Positions 28,381-40,565 of a stretch of DNA of 64,000 nt are shown piece after piece; position 1 is the first letter of the stretch; each line of letters begins with the position of its first letter. Both the position numbers and the translations under genes were made by a program. The notes beneath the pieces are model-generated. The model was not told the DNA's origin, searched no databases, and worked only from the letters and a program-made list of their open reading frames with translations. The DNA comes from Mizuhopecten yessoensis (Eukaryota). The stretch is taken from positions 1,220,141 through 1,284,140 of the forward strand of contig NW_018407700.1 of NCBI RefSeq assembly GCF_002113885.1. Reading direction: 5' to 3'.

Positions 28381-29151
28381 ATGATGCTGTCCTTGTATGT
28401 AGTCAGAGGTTGTGCGTACCCTTCAGTGGTGTTTGTATACTAAGTGATGCTGTCCTTGTGTGTAGTCAGAGGTTGTGCGTACCCTTCATTGGTGTTTGTA
28501 TACTAAGTGATGCTGTCCTTGTATGTAGTCAGAGGTTGTGCGTACCCCTCAGTGGTGTTTGTATACTAAGTGATGCTGTCCTTGTATGTAGTCAGAAGTC
28601 GTGCGTACCCCTCAGTGGTGTTTGTATACTAAGTGATGCTGTCCTTGTATGTAGTTAGAGGTTGTGCGTACCCTTCAGTGGTGTTTGTATACTAAGTGAT
28701 GCTGTCCTTGTATGTAGTCAGAAGTCGTGCGTACCCCTCAGTGGTGTTTGTATACTAAGTGATGCTGTCCTTGTATGTATAGTCAGTGGTTGTGCGTACC
28801 CCTCAGTGGTGTTTGTATACTAAGTGATGCTGTCCTTATATGTAGTCAGAGGTTGTGCGTGCCCCTCAGTGGTGTTTGTATACTAATTGATGCTGTCCTT
28901 GTATGTAGACAGAGATTGTGCGTACCCCTCAGTAGTGTTTGTATATACTAAGTGGTGCTGTCCTTGTATGTAGTCGGAGGTTGTGCGTACCCCTCACTGG
29001 TGTTTGTATACTAAGTGATGCTGTCCTTGTATGTAGTCAGAGATTGTGCGTACCCCTCAGTGGTGTTTGTATATACTAAGTGATGCTGTCCTTGTATGTA
29101 GTCAGAGGTTGTGCGTACCCCTCAGTGGTGTTTGTATATACTAAGTGATGC
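28381..29151. repeat. 63-bp minisatellite (gtgatgctgtccttgtatgtagtcagaggttgtgcgtacccctcagtggtgtttgtatactaa), about 12 copies
   Basis: Direct inspection. Confidence 0.96.
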
Positions 29152-29565
29152 ATTGCTGCTGTTCCTGCTGTTTTGTGATGGGTAATAGCACTTTACTTTT
29201 TCTAGGTTAATCAAATGTCACAGAATTCTAAACTTGTTTCCAAATATTGTAGTGGTACTCGGCAAACAAACATTCTACGTGTGTCATCCAATTCACAGAT
29301 TTTATTTCAATACGATATTTGTATGAAGTTTTCATGGCCAAAGATAAACCTTTTAGGAGTGAGCCGCAATAAGGGGTTCCATTGGTTTAAGTTTTCTTTT
29401 GGTAACTGGAATTCTCAGAATCAAATATTTTCATTGATGGAAAATTCCTTAAGGTGCTTTATCAAAATCATGAATTTCCTGAACACCTCCCTCACCCATT
29501 TTCCCCTGGGGATAACATTAAATTAATAATTATTGATATAGACAAAAATAACCTTTTTGAGAATA

Positions 29566-30500
29566 TTTTCAGTTTACCTGAACCAAAAGCTCATTGGTGG
29601 CTTAAAACTATTGTCATCCATCTTTATCTGTCATTATCTATTGTCCGTAATACGCCGTCCATTAGGAATGAACAATTCTGACTTCTTATGAATCACCAAA
29701 ATGTTGGAGTCCAAACTAAGAGCAAATGACCCGTATGAGGTTCTGATCAAGTGTTCTTACATTTTGGACTGATCCAAAACTCAAAATACCAACTCTGGCT
29801 ACATTCTGATTGTCCGAGACATTTTTTAAATTCATCTAAAAAAACTACTGCAGCTGTTGACTCCAAACTTAATTAACAAAATTAATGTTCCTTATGTGAT
29901 CCTGACCAAGACTTTTTTTGTGTAGATCCAGAATTAAAATGACCATCCTGGCCTCTGATTGGCTAAAACATTTTCAATTTATTCTTAAGAACAGCTACTG
30001 CTATTGAGGCCAAGTGTGGTGAAAATGGTCCTTATGTGGTCCAGATGAGGTTCTTATTTTTTTATCGATTCAAAAATGAAAATGGCCAACCTAGGCCTTA
30101 GTGACTGCTGTGACACTTTCAACGTCTTCTTCAAAGAACTGATGCAGCTATTGGCTTCTGTCTTTCTATACATGTTTTTATCATATTTTGGTCAAATGTT
30201 CTTAGCTTTTGCCTTATCTGCAGTCCAAAATGGCCACCCCAAACCAAGCTATTACATCAGCCAAACACTAGCTAAAAACTCATTTTCATAAGTTGCTCCA
30301 CACTGTATAACCTTACTATTTGATATAAATTCAGACACACTGTACAATTACATTGGTATGTTTAATATCAACATTTTTGTAAAACAGATTTAAATCCCTG
30401 TCCCAAACCATAATTAACCGCAACATTCAGAATATTCTTGGTGACAGTTTAGGTCCCTGGGTGTTTAGGTCCCTGGGTGTTTAGGTCCCTGGGAATCTTA
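29566..30500 (+). mobile_element. Old degenerate HINE-like element
   Basis: Start ttttcagtttacctgaaccaaaagctca resembles the HINE 5' subTIR. Decayed tgtc/ccgt tract, several diverged repeats of about 160 bp, and an end ggtgacagtttaggtccctggg (locally triplicated) resembling the 3' subTIR/hairpin. Confidence 0.55.
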
Positions 30501-30667
30501 AGTTCTGCTTATTTTGAGTGGAAATTAATTGATCTCTTTGGGATAGAAGGTTGATTAAAATTAAAGCCTTGACCCTCCTTAAGGGCTGCATACAATGTAC
30601 ATGTCTGTCTTGTTTCTTATATGATTATTTCCACATTGTGCTGCAAATTTAAAACAATAAAAAAAAT

Positions 30668-31311
30668 ATTACGTTACAACTCAGATGATATTAAGGCCCA
30701 TGGGCCTCTTGTTTTTTATTACATTACGAATCAGATGATATTAAGGCCCATGTGCCTCTTGTTTTTTATTACATTACGACTCAGATGCTATTAAGGCCCA
30801 TGGGCCTCTTGTTATTATATTACAACTTAGATGATATTAAGACCCATGGGCCTCTTGTTTTTTATTATATTACAACTCAGATGATATTAAGGCTCATGGG
30901 CCTCTTGTTTTTTAGTATATTACTACTCAGATGATATTAAGGCCCATGGGCCTCTTGTTTTTTAGTATATTACGACTCAGATGATATTAAGGCCCATGGG
31001 CCTCTTGTTTTTTATTACATTACAACTCAGTTGATATTAAGGCCCATGAGCCTCTTGTTTTTTTATCACATTACGACTCAGATGCTATTAAGGCCCATGG
31101 GCATCTTGTTTTTTATTACATTACAAGTCAGATGCGATTAAGGCCCATGGGCCGCTTGTTTTTTATTACATTACAAGTCAGATGCGATTAAGGCCCATGG
31201 GCCGCTTGTTTTTTATTACATTACAACTCAGATGATATTAAGGCCCATGAGCCTCTTGTTTTTTTATAACATTACGACTCAGATGATATTAAGGCCCATT
31301 GGCCTCTTGTT
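30668..31311. repeat. About 50-bp minisatellite containing the palindrome AGGCCCATGGGCCT, 13 copies
   Basis: acaactcagatgatattaaggcccatgggcctcttgttttttattacatt is repeated. Confidence 0.95.
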
Positions 31312-32924
31312 CTTACTTCAAAGACTTTCTAAGCTTAACAAATGTTTATTTCCTAATCCAACATAAAAGAAATCTCTGAATCAGTCATTTCTTTGAAAAA
31401 AAATCTTGGTCAAGAACATGAGACTGTTTCTAACTATCAATTTGTTTGAGTGAAGTGGTTAACATGTTTGCTCTGCTTATTAAGCCTTTAAGCGAGGCTG
31501 TAACACAGGCAATTGCATGATCGGATTAAACGTATGGAAATTCAACGGGAACATCCTTTTATCTGGCTTAATAATATTACAGAAGATAGAAAACCATTAC
31601 TCCCCAAAAAAAGACTATGCATGATCTTTACCTGTTAAGGGCCTAAGTGGTCTTTGCTATCAATTTGTGTTTTTGTTGAGATGGAATTGCTCGATGTATA
31701 TGGTCTCCATGGAATTCTCTGGAAATTTTAATTTGTCGGTGAATTAGCACACACTAGTTAGAGACATTAGGGTCAAGGCCTACCATTAGGATCTGTCTGC
31801 TACTCATTTTAAGGTTGTTAACATATTTGCAACAATTATTCCGTTGAGAGAGTTGAGAGAAAAAAATCCAAGCTTCGATTTTCTGAGATTGATGGAGATC
31901 CGGAAATTGCTGATATGTTGAAATGTCGGCATGCAGCCATCGATCAACAGACAACTTTCTGACATTTGGGATTCCGAAATGATTTACCCCAGAGGACAAT
32001 TTAATTGTTGAAAACTTGCTATTTATGGTCACAGATATCAATTTTTGAAGTCATTCTCACATACGCTGAATTCATTAAGCTGCAAGCTGGAAACAGAACT
32101 GTTATAGCCACAACAGAAGTATTGCAAACAATTGAAATTTTCACTTGCTAAATTAGAAACTCAATCATCGAAGCTTGTTTCTTTTTATCACATATTGGTG
32201 AGTGAACATCTAAACAAATTAAACTGAGAACAGATGGACACACTCATTAAAGACAAACACATTGATGATACATAGAGGACTAAGTACAAGGATAGCTCTT
32301 GGACAGTGTCTAATTGTTAAATATCAGTGGTATAGTTTTCCAGAGAGGCAAACAAATGTACTTGTAGGATTTTTTGTGTGAGGGATATTTTAACCAGCTT
32401 ACTCTTAAAATTAATATGTATTTTGCCAGAAGGGATGTGTTAGTTTCCAGTCCAGGTGACAAGAAAAACAAGAAAAAGTAAATAAGAGGAATATGAGATT
32501 ATACATAGCAATAAACAAATTACCTGTGTTACTGTTACATCTATAAGAAATGATGTTTTGAAATTGAAGATTTCTTCATATAATGTCTTTATATTTTCAA
32601 AATCACATAAAAAGTCACTGTCAATTTAAGTTACTTATAAAATGTGGTTTATTATATAACACATACTCTTGGTGAGCCTCAGATTCAAAATCTGGGGTAA
32701 ACACTTTTCTCAAGATTGAAAACCAAGGTTAATATTACTCAAAACTATTTTTTTAAGTCATTTAACCAATTCTTTTCTGATTTAACAAAGTGTTTCTCTG
32801 CTTTCCTTTTGGATACAGAAGTGCCAGCTGTTGATGGAATCAGATGAAAGTCAATATTTTTTTTTATTAAATGACAAGTACAAATGTGAGCTAGTAAATG
32901 ATGAATACTTTTATTTGGTTACAG

Positions 32925-33062
32925 ATGGAGAATTTGATCTGTGGGATACGAGACACCAACCTGAAACTGACATTGGCATTTGGAATAGGTATCCATCATG
33001 CAGGTCTCCAGGAGCGTGACAGAAAATCAGTAGAAGAGCTGTTTGTGAACCAGAAAATACAG
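32925..33062 (+). CDS. ASCC3: ASCC3 internal exon (C-terminal helicase cassette, RecA2): [46 protein letters not shown]
   Basis: Acceptor ttatttggttacag| and donor cag|gtaaga; 138 nt, phase 0/0. LAFGIGxHHAGL..DRK.VEELF is characteristic of ASCC3 and differs from the SNRNP200 equivalent. Confidence 0.93.
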
Positions 33063-33305
33063 GTAAGACTGGCATTACTGGTAAAACAGAAAATACAGGT
33101 AAGACTGGCATTACTGGTAAAACAGAAAATACAGGTAAGACTGGCATTACTGGTAAAACAGAAAGTACAGGTAAGACTGGCATGACTGGTAAAACAGAAA
33201 ATACAGGTAAGACTGGCATTACTGATAAAACAGAAAATACAGGTAAGACTGGCATTACAGGTAAAACAGAAAATACAGGTAAGACTGGCATTACTGGTAA
33301 AACAG
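33051..33305 (+). repeat. 36-bp tandem repeat x7 spanning the ASCC3 exon end and 5' splice site
   Basis: Unit cagaaaatacag|gtaagactggcattactggtaaaa; GT at 33063, 33099, 33135, 33171, 33207, 33243 and 33279. Confidence 0.96.
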
Positions 33306-33332
33306 CAGCTGCTGGTAAGAATTTCAGGTAAT

Positions 33333-33589
33333 CATACTTGCAAACTTTTTGAAATTTCTATGGGTGAAATTGCCAGTGCTCAGAATTTAAAGCATAAATA
33401 ATATGTGTGTACATACCCATAGGACAATAATAACACTTTTAAACGGCATCTTTTGAGCTGTTTTTTCAGATGAAATCCTCAGATCATAACAGATAGGAAT
33501 AGTTTTTCAAATTCACTAGTTGAAAATGCTCATTTATAGGGTCCAAAATTGTGAGTCTCCCTCCGAAATAGGGAGAGTTGGCAAGTATG
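33333..33589. mobile_element. 257-bp MITE with 14-bp TIRs and 6-bp TSD
   Basis: TIRs CATACTTGCAAACT and AGTTGGCAAGTATG (1 mismatch); direct repeat GGTAAT at 33327-33332 and 33590-33595. Confidence 0.8.
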
Positions 33590-34089
33590 GGTAATTATTG
33601 GTAAAACTATACAGATCAACCAGACTTTATTTCAGTAATAAATGGCATAACTTTAGTCTGTATATAATTAACTAAGCACCAACATTAATCATATCCCAAT
33701 ATAAAATATTTCTCTCCCAATTATCTCCCTTGATGGAATTCTTATTGCCCTACATACTGGATCTCAAACATACTTGTTTTGTCATCCTCTTTATTTGAAT
33801 GTGAAACAGACAAAGCGTACAGTTTGTGTATTGGTCTTTCTTTACACTCATCAGGCCATTTGAAGAGTTCAGGCTTGTGATTTCATTCAAATTTGTGTCT
33901 AGTTTATGATTTGCACATACATACTCCTTTGCAAATGTAGTCCAAGTAGAGAGACTACACATCAGGTCGCTCCGGAGACTACACATCAGGGGTCGCTCCG
34001 GAGACTACACATCAGGTCGCTCCGGAGGTTTCTTCTTGTCAACTGGGTTCCTGCTCCTTGATCAGTCCTAGGGAAACACTAAAGAATTG

Positions 34090-34849
34090 TCCATTGTGGT
34101 AAATGCATCAATGACAGTGTTTGGAGGCTTAGTGTGATGTCTGTTTGGATAAGAAGTTCAGTGAACTGATTTCATGGAACATAAATGTGTGGAAAGTTTG
34201 GTTCTGCATGGCTCTATACATGCAGTCTCTTTGAAAGTTTCTGTAATCCCAGTTGATTTGTGTGATTACAAACAATTTGACAGTTGTCATGTACATTCAG
34301 AAGGAGGGCACCAGATTGAATGTCCCGTGATCTGCCTTCCTCTCTCCGAGGAGATACATTTGACAATTCATGTCATGCATTTTCCATGCAAGTCAAACTT
34401 TTTAGTGGATACTCTGATCTTCAACATGGTACGCTGTCAGACCTCAGATAGATGCATGCCACTGCCCTGGAAAATTGAGCTTTCATCTTTTGTCTCTCTG
34501 GTTCCAAATCAATGCAATGGGTTGGTCAGTAGCTGCTCTTTGTCGTGACTGGAATGGAATGAATGCTGTACCTTTCTTCTGTTCTGTCTAGTGACAGTGT
34601 ACTTAAGGAAGTTCCAAGTGACTCCGGTTCTCGTCTTTGTTGTACTCTTCTTTGGCTAAGGCTGCCTTGGTTCCTGGAGTTGTTGTTTATTCAGCCCTGG
34701 ATGAGACAACCATGTCTAGAGATCCTCTTCCCACATTCATAGAGGCTAGCTATCAGTCATGAGGGGACCTGTGATCAGTCTGTTGCTGTGACCTGCCAGA
34801 CGTTATTCATATTTTAAGGATTCACAGACATTTTGGTGAATCACTTCTT
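34090..34849 (+). mobile_element. Highly decayed DIRS1-like retrotransposon fragment (RNase H and downstream methyltransferase-like region)
   Basis: Colinear remnants across frames: NASMTVFGG (~TDASxxGWG), WNINVW (~HINxLE), TNNLTVVMYIQKEGTR (~DNxTVVAYINKQGGTR), HFPCKSNFLVDTL (~HIPGxxNxxADxL), FVSLVPN (~FVSPVPD), WLRLPWFLELL (~WPxQPWFPxLL). Confidence 0.65.
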
Positions 34850-36566
34850 TTAGTTTAAACATATTTTATTTGAAAAAATTCAAATGGAATTGGACACAAG
34901 TTAAACAACTTAGAAACGTCCTCTTCCATAAACTATTACACAATGGTAACATACATATATGGCAGCATTTCATGAACAGTTGATATAAATATTATATATA
35001 CATATTTATAAAACTTAACGTTAATGTATACAGATGGAAATATGCATTTCCCTTATATCAGTACTAGTTCAAGGAATTTCACTTAAAATGGCATAGATAT
35101 AGTATGAATGTCATACCTAACAATTAAAGTATGTACATGTATAATAAAGCATAGTGAATAGATACAACTGAATGTTGGAACCAGTTTCTGCATGTAAACC
35201 TCAATTTTTTACTTAACATTTCATTTGACTAATAATGATGATTTGTCTTTATTATTTGATACTGAAGCAGATTATGCAAAACGATTCGTGTTTTTGATAT
35301 ATTCTTGTACAAACAACCGTATATTATCATTATCAGTCTGGTTCAGATTAATAGAACCGTTCAACAGTACATCTAGATCAATGACTATATCATATCTAGA
35401 CAATTGTCTGAAAAGTATATCCCGACACTGGTTGCATATATTACATTGAAAAAAATAATGAAAGTGGTTCTCTATTGAGAAAGAACAGTTACATGCTGGT
35501 GATAAGACTAAATTACACTTGAAAAGATCTGCATTCAACGCGCTACAGACGTGACGGAGTCTAGTATGTATCATATCAAATTTTCTGTTACCTACAGACA
35601 GTTTAGTTACAGGTTTGTTTTTTCTAAAAATGCTATGTTTAAATCTTGACACTGTTTCTAGAGTTCTAGTTGAAATATCTAATGAATTCCACATTCTCAG
35701 GGTACTGGAGATAAACGATTTTTCATACAAAACTAGTCGACACTTGGGTAATACATAATCTTGACCATTTCTTAAATTATATCTACTAATGTCCTTTACT
35801 TTATTGGGTACAATGTCGTTTAGGTAAGAAGGAACTAAATTATGGTGCATTTTGTATAATAACTTTTTTTTTTGTTTCCGTCTGTCTTCAAGTTTTTCCC
35901 AGTCAGTTTCACTATACAAAGACTGTCTACTAGAAAATAAAGGCAAACCCTGTAACTATTCTGGCTGCTTCCAGTTGGACTTTTTCTATTTTATCAGAAT
36001 CTGCATTGTTACAACCATCCCACACTTCACTCGCATATTCTAAAATAGGTCTGATGAATACAATGTATAATTTTGATAAAATTTCTTTATTCACGGTAAA
36101 TTTCAATTTTCGTAAAACAGACAAATGTTTATGTCTGATCTGGCAATATGCAAGATATGTGTTTCCCACTTGCCATTTTCATTTAAAGTTACCCCTAAGT
36201 GTTTGTGTGTAACACTTTTGTCAATGTTGTGTTATTAAAAATCAAGTGAACATCAAGTCTTTCTAAAGAACCATTAAAAACAACTACGTCTGTTTTATTA
36301 GGATTAAAATTTACATTCCATTTCTTCGACCAGTGATCAATAACTGCTAAATCATGCTTTGGTTATTGAAATTTCTGCACTATTATTTGAAGAATATGCG
36401 AGTGAAGTGTCGTCAGCAAACATTCTTGACACAGAACCTAGTGGTACACCAGCATTTACATATCCTGTGTAAGAAAAAGCTTCACGTAAACATACCATTT
36501 GATTTCTACCACTTAAATAATCTCTCAACCAATTATAAATATTGCCTCTAAGACCATATGCTTTAA

Positions 36567-37750
36567 TTTTTAGCTCACCTGGCACGAAGTGCCAAGTGAG
36601 CTTATGCTGTGGTGCGGCGTCCAGCGTCCGTCCGTCCGTCTGTCCGGCGTCAATATTTTACTTTAAACTACTTCTTCTTAATAACCGAATAGCCTAGGGT
36701 GATGGTATTTGGCCAGAAGCAAACTGGGATGAAGGGCTACCAAGTTTGTTCAAATAAATGACCTTCATCTATTTTCAAGGTCACAGGGGTCAAATATGTT
36801 AAAAACTTGAAACAACTTCTTTTCAATAACCAAACTGTCCAGGAGATGATATTTGGTCAGTAGCATGCTAGGGTGAAGGGCTACCATGTTTGTTCAAATG
36901 AATGACTTTCAATTATATTCAAGGTCACAGGGGTCAATTGTCTTAAAAAAACTTTAAATAACTTCTTCTGAATAACCAAAATGCCCAGGGTGATGATATT
37001 TGGCCAGTAGCATGCTGAGATGAAGGGCTACAAAGTTTGTTCAAATGAATGACCTTCNNNNNNNNNNNNNNNNNNNNNNNNNNNNNNNNNNNNNNNNNNN
37101 NNNNNNNNNNNNNNNNNNNNNNNNNNNNNNNNNNNNNNNNNNNNNNNNNNNNNNNNNNNNNNNNNNNNNNNNNNNNNNNNNNNNNNNNNNNNNNNNNNNN
37201 NNNNNNNNNNNNNNNNNNNNNNNNNNNNNNNNNNNNNNNNNNNNNNNNNNNNNNNNNNNNNNNNNNNNNNNNNNNNNNNNNNNNNNNNNNNNNNNNNNNN
37301 NNNNNNNNNNNNNNNNNNNNNNNNNNNNNNNNNNNNNNNNNNNNNNNNNNNNNNNNNNNNNNNNNNNNNNNNNNNNNNNNNNNNNNNNNNNNNNNNNNNN
37401 NNNNNNNNNNNNNNNNNNNNNNNNNNNNNNNNNNNNNNNNNNNNNNNNNNNNCAAATTTGTTTAAAATCTTTAAACAACCTCTTATGAATAACCATGGGT
37501 CCCAGGATGTTTATACTTTGCAAGTTGCATCCTGAGATGAAAGGCTATACAATGTGTTCAACATAATGACTTTGTTCGACTTTCAATCACAGGGGTTAAA
37601 TGTTTAAAAAAAAAATAACAGGGTCTTTTGAACGAATTTTAATCATAAATACTGATATTTTGCCTGTAGCTTTATTTTAGATCACTTTTAAGGTTACAAG
37701 TGTGAGTTTTATACCAGGTGAGCGATGCAGGCCCATTGGGCCTCTTGTTT
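36567..37750 (+). mobile_element. Helentron-associated non-autonomous element (HINE/DINE-1-like) inserted into the LINE RT
   Basis: 5' subTIR AGCTCACCTGG with partner IR, (CCGT)n microsatellite, central tandem repeats of roughly 140-150 bp spanning an N-gap, 3' subTIR CCAGGTGAGC (37714), 3' hairpin AGGCCCATTGGGCCT (37729-37743), T-rich insertion site. LINE RT sequence continues on both sides. Confidence 0.85.
37058..37451. other. Assembly gap (N run) within HINE central repeats
   Basis: N run. Confidence 0.99.
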
Positions 37751-40565
37751 TCATTAAGCCATCATGCCAAACTCTATCGAAAGCTTTTGAAATGTCAAAA
37801 AATACCATACATGTTTGGCACTTATTTTCTAATGATAAACAAATATTATGATACATTTCTAGTAATTGTGTGACAGTAGAATGACCTGGAACAAAGCCTG
37901 ACTGGTGTTTATACAGGAAGTTGTTATCGATGACAGAATTAAATAAATGCTTGTACATTACTCGTTCAAGCACTTTACTGACAGTGCTAAGAAGAGAAAT
38001 AGGTCTGTAATTAGAAGAAAGAAAACGCTCACCTTTTTTAAATAAAGGTATTACTATAGCTGTTTTCCACTGACTTGGAAACTTACATTGACTTAGAGAT
38101 AAATTAAAAAGCAATTGAAGAGGTATACAAACACGTTCTGCAGTATTTTTTAACATTGCATGACTAATTTGATCTTTTCTAGTAGCTTTGTTTAGCTTCA
38201 AAGTTAAAAGAATATCCTTTATTTCGGTAACAGAGAAGACCATATTTTCAATTGAATTAGGGCATCTTGAAGGAAATTCTGGGATGATAGTGGGTTCATC
38301 AATATTATTAGCAATGGAACAAAAAAACTTATTGAGTAAATCTGTTTTTACTTTATCAGCATACACAAACTCACCTGTATCACTGTCATATAAGGAGGGA
38401 ATTGATTCTGATTTGGCTGTTTTACCAATAAGTCGATGCATAAGTTTCCAATATTGTTTAGGACCATGCAAGGCAAAGTTATCAATAATTCCGTTAATAT
38501 TTTCAAAAAACAATGTTTTAGCATACTTCTTCATATTGTTTACTTTGTTTGTCTGTTGCCTGAATTTCAGAATGTCGCATGGACGATTAAATCTACGTGC
38601 TTGTTTGTGTAACCTATCCCTTTTTCTGATTTCCCTCCGTAATTCTGAATTAAACCAGAGTTTATCATTCTTCCTAACAGTTATTTGGTTTTTTTAGTAT
38701 GCATAGATTAGCAAACTCGAGAAATGATGAAGTGAAAATATCACAAGCTTTATCTACATTACAATTTTCAAAATGTTCCCCCCACGAAAAATTCCTAATC
38801 AGATTATTAAACTTATCATAATCAGCATCTTTATAAATCCATACATCACGTTTGTATGTATTCGTACTTTTACCTGGTAATTTGATAGCAACATGTGTGG
38901 CAGAGTCAGGTCACTTATTCTTTTTTCAACAGGTATAACAGAAGATTCTAGAACATGAACAGTATCACTTACAAATATAAGATCAATCAGAGTCTGTGTG
39001 TTCGCAGTAACCCTGGTAGGTTCATATATTACATTGGTTAAGTAAAAAGAATAATAATATCATTAAGTCTATGGTTTCGAACTGTAAACAGATCAATATT
39101 AATATCGCCAAGTATGATGACATTGGTAGTATAGTTAAAAGCTGTCTCTATGGAGGTCTGGACATTGTCCCAAAAAGATATATTGGATCCTTCAGGACGG
39201 TACACAGTACAGATAAGGTATGAGCTACCAGTACAATTCAGTTCAATCCATATGATTTCACCCCCTGGAAATTCTAAATCGTGTCGACGTTTAAAATGAA
39301 CATCTTCGGCTATGTAGATCATTACACCACCACCAACACAGTTTCTATCTAGTCGGAGTGGCTCTGAGAAACCTTCAATCAAAAGATCAGAGTTTGGTAC
39401 ATTATCATCAAGGTGTGTTTCAGTAAATAATAGAACTTTATACTCGTGAGTGCAAGTAGTTTTCGATTACCAAGCAACAGAAAGACAAAAAGTAATATAT
39501 CAAGAAGTGTGCATTTACATACATATGATATTAAAACGCCATGCATTTTTAGGTAGTATGTCCCTATTGCCACTCTGTACCACACTAAATCAATAGGCAT
39601 TTTGCGATTTTGAAATTAAAAACAGTAGTGGTAAATGCACAGAGTAAGGCAAAGGAACTCGTATAAAACTTTTTGAAACTGATATGGGGTACATTGGGTA
39701 TGCTATATACAACTAACATATGAAAATATATACAAAAATGGAAAAGTAGGAGAAAACATAAACACGTCCATGTACTTGAACGTATCAAAAGAAACAAGAC
39801 GTTTTTGAGCATAACAAATGACTGATCCTCCAATATGAGAAGGATGGGCAGCAGAACAATTTGGTATTTACGTATATATACACAATGAATATCATAAAAA
39901 TAGTTGTAGGGGTTAAAGAGAATTCCACGTTTAGGATAACAAAACGATAATTAAAGTCTGAGGAGAGATATCTCAAAAACTAATAGAATGTATTGATGCA
40001 TTCTATGTTCATGCTATATACAATTTTGCTAGTCTGTATGTACATGTATTCTCATGTAAATAGGTTTCCCGTATCAAAACATCCATATTTCGTCTGTTAA
40101 ACATACAAGACACTACATCTACAAAACTTATCTGTTTGGTATGTGTATACAAACATCTGTACAAAAAAATCCACATTTCATATTTATACAATTAAACAGC
40201 TAACGTTTATGAAGCATACGTGGACTTCTTCAGCCATGATGGTGTAATAATTAACATAACTTAAGGAGTCCCACCCTCCTACCCTTTCCTTTTCATTCAT
40301 TGTATCCTATGGTCATCACTCCACTGATTCAGAGGATGATAGTATCTTTTAGATCATTTATATAGGACTAAATTGAATTCCATCAAGGGAGGTAATTGGA
40401 TGTAATTGACATCTCTTTGATTTGGATACTTGGAACTTAGATCAAAAAGTTATTTTATAACTATAAACAAGAAACAGAATTATAGTTTGGTAAATATCAT
40501 GAACAAGATTGATAGAGGCTATTGATTTGTATGTAGGATATGGATGTTCAAGCCAAGGTTGTAGA

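Larger units (their letters stand above)
34850..40223 (-). mobile_element. CR1-clade (Zenon-like) non-LTR retrotransposon, near full length, inactivated
   Basis: ORF2 pieces in order on -: N-terminus MPIDLVWYRVAIG (39600), APE endonuclease (DR..GGGV, YRP, GDINID; 39382-39038), RT (NYRPISLL, QSGF, DISKAFDRVWH; 38534-37750), AGVP.GSV and FADD (36570-36352), C-terminal CxC...H...C (35946-35272). 3' end AATAAAATATGTTTAAACTAA. Candidate TSD ACTTCTT at 34843-34849 and 40224-40230. Frameshifts and an RT deletion are present. Confidence 0.9.

Noticed and set aside
28230-28658. 142-aa Cys-rich ORF
   Set aside because: It runs into the 63-bp minisatellite, and the unique part shows no recognisable domain.
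30668-31311. CRISPR-like appearance (regularly spaced palindromic repeats)
   Set aside because: The intervening sequences are near-identical rather than unique spacers, there are no cas genes, and the context is eukaryotic.
35272-39600. Active or domesticated reverse transcriptase gene
   Set aside because: Frameshifts, a deletion between GVPLGSV and FADD, and a HINE insertion show a dead copy.
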